The notes: generated by a model not told the origin, from the letters alone. A stretch of 58,525 bases of DNA, filler included, from Sluysia triapertura (GCA_046118255.1; 4 parts of 4 records of this genome joined end to end with filler, not necessarily neighbours in it), one strand, 5' to 3'. Shown: positions 23,616 to 37,480, numbered from the whole stretch's first letter. Numbers and translations are program-made.

Positions 23616-23639
23616 TTAATTAGAGATTGCCAATTAAAT

Positions 23640-26270
23640 AAAGAAATGGTGAGAACAAAATTAGCAGTGGCAATAACAAACCCAGATTTAGTAGCTCCAT
23701 TTCTTCCATTAGAAGTAGGTGTTTTGACAGTTTAATAGGTGAAGTCTTATATCCTTATAAATGTAAAAGTAAAAGTTCAGATAAGGCAAGAAGCCGAATG
23801 TATAAAGGAATTACCAGTTACTTACAGAAATCCACAAATACTTTGGAACCAGTTACAAGAATAATAATACCAACTAATCAATTAAAACCACATACATTAC
23901 ACTATTTTAATGTAATGACACCTAAATACAAAATCGATGATATTTTATGCATATCATTGCCACATCGAAGTCAAGTTAAAGCACCAGAAATTATAAGCCT
24001 AACGGAATTGAAAGCAAAATTAAAATATTCAGCTGCAAAGAAAATCCCGAGTTCAGGAATTTATTCAAAAGATGATATTCAGGCTGCGTAGCATGAAATA
24101 CTATTATTAACAGACATATTTGATAAAGCAAAAAGACGGAAAATAAATTGTGAATTATTATTGGGACCCAATCATTTCAAGAAAGCAACACATAATACTC
24201 TACAACAAATATGGATTAGTTTCTTAGTACCATGCTGAAAATACTTGTGAAATTACGAGGACAAAATCTTATTTATTATATACATACTTATTCCTAATAA
24301 GTATGTATATAATAAATAAGATTTTGCCCTCGTAATTTCACAAGTATTTTCAGCATTAGGCATATATAAAATATCAGGATTAACTTGGAAACTAATAATA
24401 GGATGTTCTTGGCTAAATTTCTGCTACATAACCATGCAGATTCTCAACTAGATACTCTTCAAAAAGAAAAAAGACTAGCTGAAGAAATAGCGTTACAAAC
24501 AATTGATATGGAACTAGTTAATATAAATCCAACTAATATAGAAGAAACGGAAGGAGATGAAATGAAACAAAAATTATATCATACTCCTCCAAGAAATTTA
24601 ATTTTACTTGCTAATAAAAGCAAAAACAAAATTCAAAATCATGACAATAATTTACATTATGGAAGTCTTGAATATCTCTTAGAAATAATAAAAAATTTTG
24701 AAACCAAAATGAATATTTCATTGAAAAAATAATAATCTGTACAGAACACAAAGTGATAATAAGCCAAATGATAGGTTATATACCGTTTAAGTTTCAAAAA
24801 TATACAACCAGCTACCAGAAAATGTCAAATTACTGGAAGATTAGGAAATATTTAAGAAAAAGGCAAAGTTCTTTCTATTTCAGAAATATTATAGTGAATG
24901 ATTTATTTTACGCGTTTTACAGTACTTATTTGCAATAGATATGGGCGCAATATAAATTAATCTATTATTACATGATATTTGCAAATAATAATTATAATAG
25001 TGCGAAAAGACCAATGGTAGATTTAAGAGTAAATGGAAGAATAATGTCGGCATTAGTAGACACAGGAACAATAGCATCTTTAATAAGTGAATCTATGTTA
25101 ACTAATAAGGAACTTGATAGTCTATCCAAAAATCACTCCTACTTAATACGAGTCACATGGTAAATTATAAATAATAGGAGTATTAAATACAATGTGTGAA
25201 TTAGAAAATAATAAAATTGAAATAAAATTTCGAGTAATGTGCAAATGTCCAGAAGATATGATTTCGGGAATGAACGTATTAAAAGGAGTTATTAGATTTT
25301 AAGAAGGCAAAAATAATGGATAAAATTAATAGATAAAGATGATATTATTTTAGAAGAACTGTTCAGTAGAAACGAATATATAATACCAGGTAAAACTAAT
25401 AGTTTATAGCATCACAATATAATCACAAAGTAATCGCTGACTTTATCTTTAGAATTTCTGATGGAAAGGTACCAATAAGAATAATGAATTATACATATGA
25501 AAGAATATAGTTATGTGCAAGGACCAAATTAGGAACAGTAGTAAATTATAGATTACAATCACATATCAATATAATAATAGATATTAAAAAACCAATAATA
25601 TAAAATTAAAGAGAGATGAGTATAGAAGATGAGGAAGAATACTAAGAAATACAAATAAAAAATAAAAACATAACTAAATTACAAAAAGAACAATTATATA
25701 AAGTCATTTATATATATCCATAGGCAATATCAAAAAACAAATATGATATAAAATTCCATTGATTGAGGACAAGGTTGTTCGTAAAAAAATTTATCGGGTA
25801 CCATTGTGTCATCAGCAAGAAATGCAAGATCAAATAGAGTCAATGAAAAAAAGTTAGAGTAATAAGACCGAGTTTTTTTACCGTTTTCATCACAAGTACT
25901 ATTAGTTAAGAAAAATGATGGAACGATTTTGTATCGATTTTAGATGTGTTTCCATTACATGTAATTGTTAGACAAAATTTTACAAAGTTATACTTCTGTG
26001 GAAATTGTGTAATTAAGTGATTAAATTAAATTAAGATTTATCTTAAATGTGAGTCCTCTATGATACTGGACTTATTCACTTAAGGGCCAGCACATAGATT
26101 TTTGCAACTTTAAAAATAAATAAATTTTGGAGGTTACTTGCTTACAATTACTTTGGTCCTTATACAATATCAAGGCGAACTAATATGTAAAGTAAATTAT
26201 CAGATCAAAACAATTTTAACAAATAATTTGATTATTAACTTACACGCTAGTTAAGCGGCGTTAATTCGTG
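23640..26270 (+). mobile_element. Degenerate Ty3/Gypsy gag-pol remnant (copy E) with most of RT, RNase H and integrase deleted
   Basis: Gag-like frames 23640-24730, protease RPMVDLRVNGRIMSALVDTGTIASLISE (~25010-25090) and KCPEDMISGMN, RT N-terminus KIYRVPLCHQQEMQDQIESM...FSSQVLLVKKNDGT..FCIDFR (25785-25945), integrase GPY/F tail NYFGPYTI..KVNYQIK (~26145-26210). Confidence 0.88.
24232..24356. repeat. Near-perfect palindrome: 61-bp arms, 3-nt loop, one mismatch, inside the gag region
   Basis: ATGCTGAAAATACTTGTG...CATACTTATT-CCT-AATAAGTATG...CACAAGTATTTTCAGCAT. Confidence 0.95.
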
Positions 26271-29200
26271 TATTTCCTATTTACCTTCTTTAACTCTAAG
26301 AAAAAACGTATCTCTTTTATTAAAAAACTTACCCGTTATCAATTGCTAGATATCAATAATAATAGATTAACACTATTAAAAATTTATTAAATAAATTAAA
26401 AACAATGATTACACCAAATACTAATAAATAGAACGTTCAACTTAACACGATACAAAAAATTTTAGAATAAATAGTAACCTTTTAGGTATATGGTATTTAT
26501 GTAAATGTCAATATATAAAGATCGATTTTGTGTGTATAATCTAATAAGACGATTTTATGTATTGTCTAATAATAATTATGTTTTTTAAAAATAAATTAAT
26601 AATTAAATGCTAACTATGTTTTCTAAAAATAAATTGATTAAATGTGTTTTAGTTCAAAAAATAATAATTAAAAAAATTATTTTCGTATTATTATTATTTC
26701 TCATTATTACTATTATTGTTATTATTACTATTATTGTTATTTAAAATCATTATATTTCTTTACATATACTAATTTTTAAATATAGGTCAAGGTAACCACT
26801 TTTCTAGTATAAATTAACATACAAATCATGCAAAAACACAATTTTTTTACACAATAATTTTTTTACAAAAATTGATTCCACATTGGAAATCTTCTCTCTA
26901 CGTGAAGTTTTGTTAGAACAAGAATTTTCTCGAAGGGTTACACGATGATTTCATTACTTGCTTGAGAATTTTATTTTGTATTCAACCGTTAGTTGTTTTT
27001 TGTAAGTCTATTCAATTTTATTTGATAGTAAAATCCATCATTTACATATTTTCTTTGAAATCCCTTTTTTAAGAAGGTGGTAATAAATAAATAAAAAGAT
27101 TATACTATAATCTGCTAAATTTTGTATAAATATATATATGAACTTTTTGCTTTTGTATAATAACTTGTAAGTTTTCATTTAATATATATTTTCTTTACCC
27201 AATTTTTAATTATATTGAAAGATTAATCATAAGGTCCCCGATTTTAATCGGAGATAAAATTCTACATCAAAATCTCAGACTCAAATTGATAAAAGAAATT
27301 AAGGGACGCCGTTTTTACACGGACGTAAAATATAGGAAAAATATTTCGAATTTATTGATTTGAATAATAAAGTGATATTATTTTGCCCCATACAATTATC
27401 GCTCGCCTAATTTTATTTTGTTGAGAAGTGAAGAATCAATAATCTAGTTCTTGATATTAATCAGACACAAATTAGTATTGCCCAGAAGGATATACTTAAA
27501 GCTTAATATAAATCTAATTAAATATTGTGACGAAAACGCCATATTTTCATTGAGAAAAATTTGATTGATCACCTCCATAATTTCTTCTAAAATACTGCCT
27601 TAAGTGTGTAATTCTAAGATTATATTTTTATTTACATTTCACATTGCTTTTTAACAATAATAAAACAATAAGGACTGTTATTATACCCATTTGCTACTAT
27701 TATTTAGCTAATGCTTTATATGAAGGTGAATTTTTTGTGTGGTGAAGAAATATTGCAGAAGTAAGAGTGAGAGGTGTTATTGTGATATTTAAGAATATGT
27801 GTTATCGCATATTAACGTATTATGGTAATCGTGTTTAGCATATCGTGATTAATTGTTTATTTAATGTGTGGAAATTTCTATTTTGTGTGAAAATAGAACA
27901 ATGTAAAATTCTGAGTTATGAACCACTACATTACTATGTACTAATTTATTTATAACCACCTTGCTGGTTAGCATTTGTGTTTGTTTGTATTCACTTTTGG
28001 CAATTTTTCACGTTTTATTGACATCTACGTTCGATCAGTAATATTTTCTAAGTGATAATTAAGTGCTATGGATTCATACCTTCTTTCTTCACATTTGTCG
28101 TTTGGTTTCCAGTTTTTACCTTGTTATTTAGATGTGATTGTGGGTAAAGATATCTTTTGAAGTTTTTTCAGTTATAACATAAATATTCGTGTAGTGACTG
28201 TACATAACACATAAAATTTTTATGAATGACAATAAAATTTTTATTATCAATTAAAACTTAATGTTTATTTTTAATAACAATAAAAACATAGTCATTTTTA
28301 TTACAAATTTTATTAATAATACTTTTCGGTGAGAACTTTACTAATAATTTTATTTTATCTTTATCTTTGAATTTTATTAACATTCAAAAAGCGGTATTTA
28401 AGATCACAAAAATAAATCAGAGAACACACATTAAAGCTTTCTAAAACTGTCGGGCTACAATTTTTAATAAGGCAGACGTTGGATTTATTACGAAGATTTC
28501 TTGTCTCGGGGTTAATCAAATTCAATTTTACAAAGGACAAAGGAATTCATCAATCTGGTTTTAGTTACACAGGCCTTTTATATCTTCTTTAAGGGCAGAT
28601 TTAATATATTAATTAATTTGTAAACAATTTTCGGAGCTAGTTTATAGCTAACCTTAAAATTAATATCAAATTATAAACCAATATTAAGGATAATAACCTG
28701 ATATTTCAAATTGTATCTTTGTGAATAATTAAATCTAGTCATTGTCCTGATCTATGAAAATTATACTGTTTAACTTTATATATAAAATATAAAATCTTAT
28801 TGTATTTTTCAGAACTAAGATAAGCTTAGTTTAAATTATATATCCTTGTGCTTTCGATTTTATTAAAGTTTTTCCGCATTAGATAGCAAAAATAAATTTT
28901 GCTTCAATATATTTATACTTATTTTTATTTTAATTTTTGGGTATAAATACATTAAATGTGTAATTCAATTTCTAGTGTAGATATTTATTCGGTTTGTAAT
29001 ACAAAATACTTTAAGATATAATATATTTTAATATAATATACTTTTGTATGTTCTAGTTAGAGTATAGACCGAATTTTAAATTATTAAATCCTACAAGATC
29101 ATCTTAAATAACGTAAATCGCTTCTTGTAGGCGAATCATTTAAAATGAATAATATTTTGTGTTAGATTAAGTTTATAGAAAAACCTAGCATTCGTGAATA

Positions 29201-30110
29201 TTTAGATAATTATTTTATCAATATTAATTTTATACTTTTAACAATACATCTATATTTAGGATTTACTGAAAATATATTTATCTTTTATTTGTTAACATTA
29301 TATAATTTTTTCAATGTTGATTCTCACAATATTAATAAAATGCATAATTCAAAATGTAATTTTTATTAATTACATAATACATAAAAATATATATATTTCA
29401 ATTTGTAACAAGACTTTTAATATGAAAAATAACCACAAAATTTTCCATTAATCAAATTAATTTCTTTAAATTAAGATAGGAAGTTAGTCTGCATTTCAAA
29501 TTGATACTCCGGATAATCAACTTACAAATATTTCCTGGAACTGTGGAGTCGTTCTTAAATTGATAATTATACATCTTTATGAGTGTCGTAAATAAAGTAT
29601 ATTCCAATTATTTCTCAATTTTAAAATTATATTGCATAAATATTAAATGTTATTTGTCCAATTAATCCTGTACTTGTATCATGATTTTGTCTCTGCTACA
29701 TTTTCGCAAAACTAAAAAATTAACATAATACTCAATGTTAATACTCTTTAATTAATATTATATTCTTTTTAAAAATTAAATTTTTATTGGATGTAATGCC
29801 GGCTGAATGTTTGAGAGAATCAAATGTTGAAAACAAGTAAATGAATTCATTAATTATACTTTCATCGAATGATTGTTATAAAAATAAATGCATTGCAATG
29901 TCTTATCGAATGTTAAAAAATATTAATCGAATGTTTAGTGAGGCCTAAATGTTCTAAATGTGGACCCACAATGAATGAGAACTAAGCAAAATGCAAAATT
30001 TTAAATAATGTATGTAATTAGTTAAATAATAATTAATAATATTTAGTTAAATAACAAGTAATAAATTAAAATTATTGGATGTAAATTACTATAGAAAAAA
30101 TTTTTTGTAT

Positions 30111-30179
30111 ATAATAATAATAATAATAATAATATATTAATTTATATGGCGCTCATATCTACCGCGAAAGTACTCAAAA
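30111..30179 (-). mobile_element. 3' tail of an L2/CR1-like LINE or SINE; identical copy at 45989-46053
   Basis: The minus strand reads TTTTGAGTACTTTCGCGGTAGATATGAGCGCCATATAAATTAATAT(ATT)n, a GCGC.ATATAAAT motif plus trinucleotide tail typical of L2/CR1-clade 3' ends. Confidence 0.6.
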
Positions 30180-30778
30180 AGTACTCGAAAGTATAAAAAT
30201 TTTATTAAGTCTATGTATATTTTTATGTATTATAATATTTACTAGTACAAAAATTTTATCACTGTTATAAAATTTGTTTTGCGTTTTGATATAAGGCAAA
30301 TATTGTAAATAATATTTGCTATAACTAAATAATATTGCAAAAATAAATAATTATTATTATAAAAATTTTCTCTCAAAATTTGGATATGAAAAGAAGAGAA
30401 AACTTGTAACGACGTCACATCAAAAAATGAAAAAAAATCAATTAGTTAGTGCAAATCATTTAAATAATTTGGCGAATCAACTACTATATCAGTTGACATA
30501 ATAATGTTTTTATTGTAATATTGTATTAATTATAAATTCTAAATTTTGTTTTGCGATATTTGTTTTTATTATATAAAATCTGGAATTTATAGTTAATTTT
30601 TATTACTTTTAGTTAATGTAAATATTTAGTTACTATATTTAGTTAAGTAAATATAGTAAAATTCTTAACTTATTAGTTGCAGAAACGGCAACTATACGTT
30701 GTAAGGTGTTTATTGCAACTGAACCCTATTCAATTTTATTTTTGCCGTAGATTTAGCTTTAAGAAAACCACAGCAAAA

Positions 30779-31863
30779 TGTGGCACCCCAATTGGGATCA
30801 ACATAAGTTAAAGTATGCGTTAAATTTTTTGTGGTAATTTCAGTTTTAACGACATTGAATTTTTTAAGATTGACTTTATTTACCGAGCATTAAGTGAAAT
30901 TAAATATTGAATTTTTCAGTTTTGACGATTTTTAAATTACTTTTTTACGATTTACGTCATACTTTGATATTAAATTTTGAATTTTTGACAGTTTTAAGTC
31001 ATTATTTAAGCATTAAGTTTGAATTTCTATAAACGTTTGCATCTATTTATACTTTATAAGTTGCTTTTAAGTAATTCTGACTGGTAATTTATAAGAATTA
31101 AGCTTGTAAGTGAGTTTCATTGATTATAAAATATTTATACAAGTTGAAATTAAGATTAAGCATCAAATTCTTGAACATTTTTAAGTTTGAACACTATATG
31201 ATTTATAATAAGTTGTAACTTGAATTTTAAGTTTAATTTCCTATAAGTTTTTGTATTTTGTGAGTCGTTTTTAAGTTATTTTTGATAAGAATTCGATAAG
31301 TTTAATATTCTAAGTTTGAATTATATTGCTATTTAGATATTTAAGTAAGTTAAAATTAAGTTTAACTTGTTTACTTTTGCATTTTTAAGCAATAGGTGTA
31401 AGTTATATTGCAAGTTTCCATCTGAATTGTGAATTTAAACAAGTTTAAGTCTTATATTTTGAATTTTTAAGTTGTATCAAATATTTTCATAATTAAGTTA
31501 AGTTTATATTAAGGTTAAGTTATAATAAGTGAAAATTTTTATTACTACTTAAGTATTTGATAAGTCAGTTGCTTTTTATAAGTTTTACATTAATTTTGAT
31601 AATAAGTTTAAGTTTTACAGTTTATTTGATAAGTTACATAAGTTTTAAGTTAGATCATAAGTTATTTTATTGTTATTAAGTTTAAGTTTATTGATAAAAG
31701 CTTCCCGATTAAGTTTTATAAAATTTTGATTTGTAATTCTTGACATTTTCCAAGTTTAATTGAATTTTACTAAGTTTTCTTGATTTAAGTTTAAGATATT
31801 TGATTCCGATTTCAATATTTACTATTTAAGTTATTCGAAGAAGTTTATATTTAAGTTTTCACA
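30779..31863 (-). mobile_element. Solo-LTR-like segment (1085 bp) bounded by TGTG...CACA, strongly strand-skewed with recurrent TTAAGTT
   Basis: TG...CA termini. It starts where similarity to a second copy of the flanking repeat ends (30722-30776 vs 46722-46774). No TSD is discernible. Confidence 0.5.
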
Positions 31864-31865
31864 AT

Positions 31866-33478
31866 TGTTGTGACCAACCTTTTTAACTTAAAAAATTCAA
31901 AATAATCACCTCATTCATAATACCTCATTTACCAATATTTTATATTTTACATCCAATTTTGTAGATCCATTAAAACCATTTTCATTTCAAAACACTTTAA
32001 ATTCACAACTTTATAACATCAAAATCATACTTACATTCAAACAATTAATGTTCATTTAAACATTCTTATCCCACAATTTACATCATAAATTATCATAGAA
32101 AACGTCAAAATTAATTCAAAACATTTTAAGTTTACAATCCTTCAACATTCAATCTTTTACATCATCGAAAAACATTAGAATCACAAATCAGAATCAATTT
32201 AAAACATTGTAATCAAAAGAATTGCATTTAAATTAAATTTTTTTTGTAAATAATTTTAAAAGAATTTTTAATTTTTATGTCAAGAAATTTTTATATTTTA
32301 AGAAAAGAATAGATTCTGAAAAGATTTTAAAAAAATAAGTTTATGCATTTAATATGATTTTATTTATATGTAATCATCTTTTTTTGAAAGAATTTTATTT
32401 AAATTAGCTAAAGAAAGATCATGTAAAGAACGAAAGAAATTAGAAGAATTTATGTATTAATTTTATTATAATTAATTTTAATTCATTATCGTAATAATTA
32501 TTATTAACATTTTATTATCATTATAGTCATTATTGTTGCAATGATCAGTATTGCCACTTTTATTTCTCATTTAACCTGTCATTAACCGACAGTTTTAATT
32601 AAAATTTGTTCACACCACATGGTAAACTGTCGGCTAATGACAGTTGCTTAGTATATAATCAATAATAACAATACACAGAACAAATATAGCTCAATATTTA
32701 GTATTTTGTAATACAAGCATACATGCTTACAATTTCATTGACAATAAACAGCAGTTGATTGGGCGTCAAATCAATTCTATTTTTGCATTGTAATTTTACT
32801 TGCTGTGATTGGACGTTCAATCAACGTAGATATCATAATGCGGCTCATTAAAAAATAGAAGCATACAGGCACATCTAGTGTAAAATGGTATGTTAAACAT
32901 GATATCTATAATCAACATAATTAGTACAATTTAATGATTATGTTGTGTCTTTTATGCTTTTTATTTCGAAAATTACTAATCAAAACCCAATCATTGAACA
33001 ACTTCAGAATCTCGATATATTTTTTGAATGATCAAAATATTTACAATTTAAAAGATAATAATTATTCTTTATGACAACAACAATATAAAATACTCACTAA
33101 AACAAAATACAAATTGTTCTTTATATACAACTTTTAAATTACTCTCTATCACCACGTAAATTACTCTTTAAAAACAAATTAAAAAGCCAGGAGTGACACA
33201 ACTTAAATCCTTGTACCCGATATCAATGAAAAATATACTCAATACAAAACAAATAACTAACCCTAGGTCCTTTAACTCAAAATGTTTATATTAATCAGTT
33301 ACTAAAGAATAAGCCTTGATATCACCGTTAACCACAGATGTATCAAGGCAGCGTCCCTCAGCTAGCAAGATTTGATATTTGACTTTAATGCTTATCTCTG
33401 TCAATTTTTCTTTCTGATTTTATGCAAAAATGTAACTGCTTATATAGCAGTTTTATGATGCCATAGGAAATTAAAATG
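31866..33478 (+). mobile_element. Leader/LTR of Gypsy-derived family (copy D), running towards the contig end
   Basis: Starts TGTTGTGACCAACC (cf. TGTGGTGGCCAACC). Long stretches match copy C (e.g. ACAATCCTTCAACA.TCAATCTT.TA.ATCATCGAAAAACATTA). Hairpins at 32576-32643 and 32754-32825. The 3' extent is uncertain. Confidence 0.7.
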
Positions 33479-33578
33479 NNNNNNNNNNNNNNNNNNNNNN
33501 NNNNNNNNNNNNNNNNNNNNNNTTAATTAATTAANNNNNNNNNNNNNNNNNNNNNNNNNNNNNNNNNNNNNNNNNNNN
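33479..33578. other. Artificial contig linker
   Basis: N44-TTAATTAATTAA-N44. Confidence 0.97.
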
Positions 33579-36500
33579 TTTTTTGTAATTGTTTATCCTC
33601 GAATTTTTAAAAATGTTTTTGAAATCTAGAACACTTTCGCTATTTTTATCTTGATTCTTTATTAAAACCATTCTGTAGCTTTTATTGAGGTTACCTGTTT
33701 TTTAATTACTGTTCTTTAGTTTTTTATTTTCAGTTGATTTTTGATTTGTATTTTTGATTCTTCCGTTCTTTCCATCTTTAGTATTTTCATTTTTAGAGAA
33801 ATCTGCAGCCAGTTTCTAATTCATTATTAGCAGTAATAACTTTTCCATTTACAGCAACTTCTGTTTTTGAATTAATCTTTTTTCCAAAACATAATTCACG
33901 AAAATTATCTTCATTGAATTATCTAATAATTCATAAATGTCGCTAATTTTTAATAACAAAGTATCCTTTTTCAACATTTCATATGAATGACCAAATTCTG
34001 ACGAGATTCACCAAAAAAGTGTATCCACACACGAAGTGTTAAATATTTTTCAAACATTATTTAAATTAAATATCCATACATATTTTACTAATATTTTCAT
34101 AAATTTCTTATTTCAACTAATAAATAATTATTTTATTTTTATTAGAGAATTTATGTTAAATTATTGATATAAATATTCATATTTATAAATAATCGATATT
34201 TAAATACATCTAAAACAAAATATAAACCTAAGGAGTATTATATGTTTTGTAAAACATTTAGAATAGACATAATGTGTTCTGTTAGCATAATTTATGTATC
34301 TATCCATCCTAAATAAATACAGTTATGTAAATAGTAAAATAAAATTCGTTGGTAATATGTATATTACATAAATGCTACACATAAAATTGGAAGTTTTAAA
34401 TTTATAATAATAAGAATAATGTTGATAATAATAATTATTATTACTAATATTACTATTTTTGTTTTAAATATTTATTTAAATATCCTTTACTTTTTCTGAT
34501 CTGAATTAAGGCTTCATGAAATTATCTAGTAGCCATTTTAAAAACACAATTTATTAAATATAAATACGGCCTTAGATTAAATTTAAATATGCCTAAATAT
34601 TTTAAATAAACATCACTGAATAGACTTCACTGAATTAATATTCATTATTTAGGATCATTATTAACATGTTATAATTTGATTATTTTTCTCGATAGTCAAT
34701 TGGTTTTTTACCTACAAACTATAGTAATAATTCAACTGTAGTAACTCACCAAATGTTGTATTTTGTATGACGAAAAGATGCACTTCTACCGATAGACTTA
34801 AGAAAAATTTATAGTGCAATAATAAAAAATTGATCCAAACAACACAGTATGAGGAATTAAATTGTCCTAAAATTATATATTGTGTGAAGAAACTGTTGAA
34901 AAATTGAAATATTTGTTGCATCTTTATGTTTAAATTAATGACAATAATTATATAACACAATTAAACGAGTCCGATTGTCAATTATTTTTCAATTTGATGA
35001 CAAAGTTAATAAAAATAATAATAATCAGTCTTCATAACAATTAATTATAACTCAGTCATAAAAATAGATTACTCAACCCAATAAATAACAATAAATTGAC
35101 AATCAAAGCTTAAGGCCTAACTAACCACGAATAAATTAATCAAAAACAAAATTTAGTCACTATTGCGTTGAACCAGCCTTCTCGCAGCATTCATAATTTC
35201 AAAATTCATAATTTTTTCAATATGACTCATATTGTTTCATAGCAAAATATGGTCATTTATGCAATGCTTAGACTCATTTAATTTGTTTATTTCTTAGCCG
35301 ATCAATTTTAACAATCAAAATTTAATAGTAATTTCCACTAAATTTCGTCTTAATATCTAGAAATTATCCGAAAATAATTAGTTTTGTGACAAATGAACTC
35401 TTATCTATTCAGAATAATAAAATCAAAATTTAGCATAACGGTTAAAACAAACAATAACAAATTAACTTAAATTGAATATAAATCTTATTTACAATAATAA
35501 CTTTTGATACGTCACGCGTACATTAATTTAATATATACTCTTGCTACATACGATCATTGTAACATATAGAAATTTCATTTCATAAAGGAGAAAATGAATT
35601 ACAATTGATTATTGTAAGTTATCTACGTTGACGTGTTTCGTATTATTTTGTTGTTTATAATTCTAATAAATTTCATATATTTCAATTATACATGCTGTTT
35701 TCTCATATGCAGACATCTTATACAAAGTCATTGAGTAAAAGTGATTTTTAAACAATTTTAATTAAATTAATTAATAAATGTACTCACACATTCTTTAAAA
35801 CTTAAGAAAATGTTGGCTATTTCATTCTTTTTATGCGATTTTCATTTAACTATCGCATTACTAATTAACAGGAATAATTTATCATAATGTTTATTTTTTA
35901 GTTACTGCCCATATCATTCTCTCTTTCCTTCACCTCACAAATTGCGACACTCTAGCATACACTTCGCCCTTCAACATGTTGAGTAAATTTTCAAGTGATT
36001 TAGGACTATCACAAAGTTGAAAGAGTTGTTATATCTCAAAAGGTAATTTAGTTTGATCTAATTTGTTATATCAGACCAATTATTATTTTGAAAATACATG
36101 CTTTGGTATTTGTGCATTAATCATTAATAAATTATTTTTTACAAACATACATTCTATATATTAAACATAAAAATGCATTGTTTAGTATTATTTATCTCAA
36201 TATTCAACAAACATTTACTTATGTATTTTTGTTGACCTAGTTTTACCAATTCGTCAGTTTGATGAAAACATTAAAATTGCAGTTAATAGGATAGTTTAAC
36301 TATTTCCTGGAAATAGTTCATTATCAAATTGAAATAGTTATATTTTCACCAATATTTTTCATTGATTTTTTAAACGTTGTTTCTTATTTAAATAATCTTG
36401 AGAAGCCATTTTTATGCTGCATTCATGAACCTTTTGACAAATAATATTAACGTCGAACTTGCTTTTATTGTAAAATTGAAGTTTCTGCTAAAAATTTAGT

Positions 36501-37349
36501 GTATTCAGCAATTCTCAAGGATATAATAATTTTCTCATGGATTTTGACTTTTAAATTTGTAAAATTATTGGATTTATAGAATTTTTTTGATTTTTTGACA
36601 ATTTCCTTTTATAACTTTGAAAAGTCATAACCAATGTTGTTAATTGTGATTTATTTCTTTCAGCATCAAAATGAGGTTTTAATTCATGTTGATTTCTCAT
36701 GAATTATCAATCCCAAGATTGGAAATCTATATGTTATGTAAAGGACATTTTGTAAATAACATTTCTTATCATTTTTTTAATGAAAACATTTTAATAACAT
36801 TTTGTAAAAATAACGTTATAATACTTTTATCTGTAAATATAATATTTTTAAACTAAAACAATAATTTTTAACAATCATTTTATTCTATAAAAATGTTTTC
36901 ATTTTTGTATTTCACAGTTATTTTTATTAACTTATCTTTAAGATAATCTTTATAATTTATTGAAAATTAGAAAATGAGGTTTATAAATATAAAAATATTG
37001 TCATTTCAGCATATGATCTTAGAAATTAACAATTTAAATATATTTATTTTATTTGCTAAAAGTAATAAAAAAGAAAACAAAATATTTTAATATTAATTTT
37101 ATAGGCATTTTACAGTTATAGTAAATAAGTATTTAAGGCAAGAGACGTTTTTATGATCACACAACACAATACATAAATTTTTAAAATCTTAATAATATGA
37201 TGACAGTGGATTGAAAGATTTGTTGATAAATTTGGTGAGACTATAATTTAACTACACAACTTGGACTTTTTCAAAGCATTATATCTATTTGGTGGAAATT
37301 TTGGAATTACGCGATCAGATTCTGCTCAACAATCAATTTCTTTAGCAAT

Positions 37350-37480
37350 CTTAAAGTCTAATTTTTGTTTCACAAACCAGGTATTTACCTGGTTTAATTT
37401 AATTTTAATTAAAATATTAAAGAAATTTAGAAACATTTTCTTCATTGTTAATATATACATAGATTTTATTATAATTTTGT
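37350..37480 (-). pseudogene. Possible decayed homeobox fragment
   Basis: KLNQVNTWFVK resembles homeodomain helix 3 (QVxNWFxN). An upstream shifted frame gives NYNKIYVYINNEE. The invariant Asn51 is absent. Confidence 0.25.

Noticed and set aside
30900-31860. Recurrent TTAAGTT words as a CRISPR-like or satellite array
   Set aside because: There is no constant repeat length or spacer periodicity and the context is eukaryotic. It is better explained as a low-complexity skewed LTR-like sequence.
35900-36060. Minus-strand LDQTKLPFEI*QLFQLCDSPKSL, faintly like the WAVE/SCAR homology domain
   Set aside because: In-frame stops and too few matching residues to support a call.
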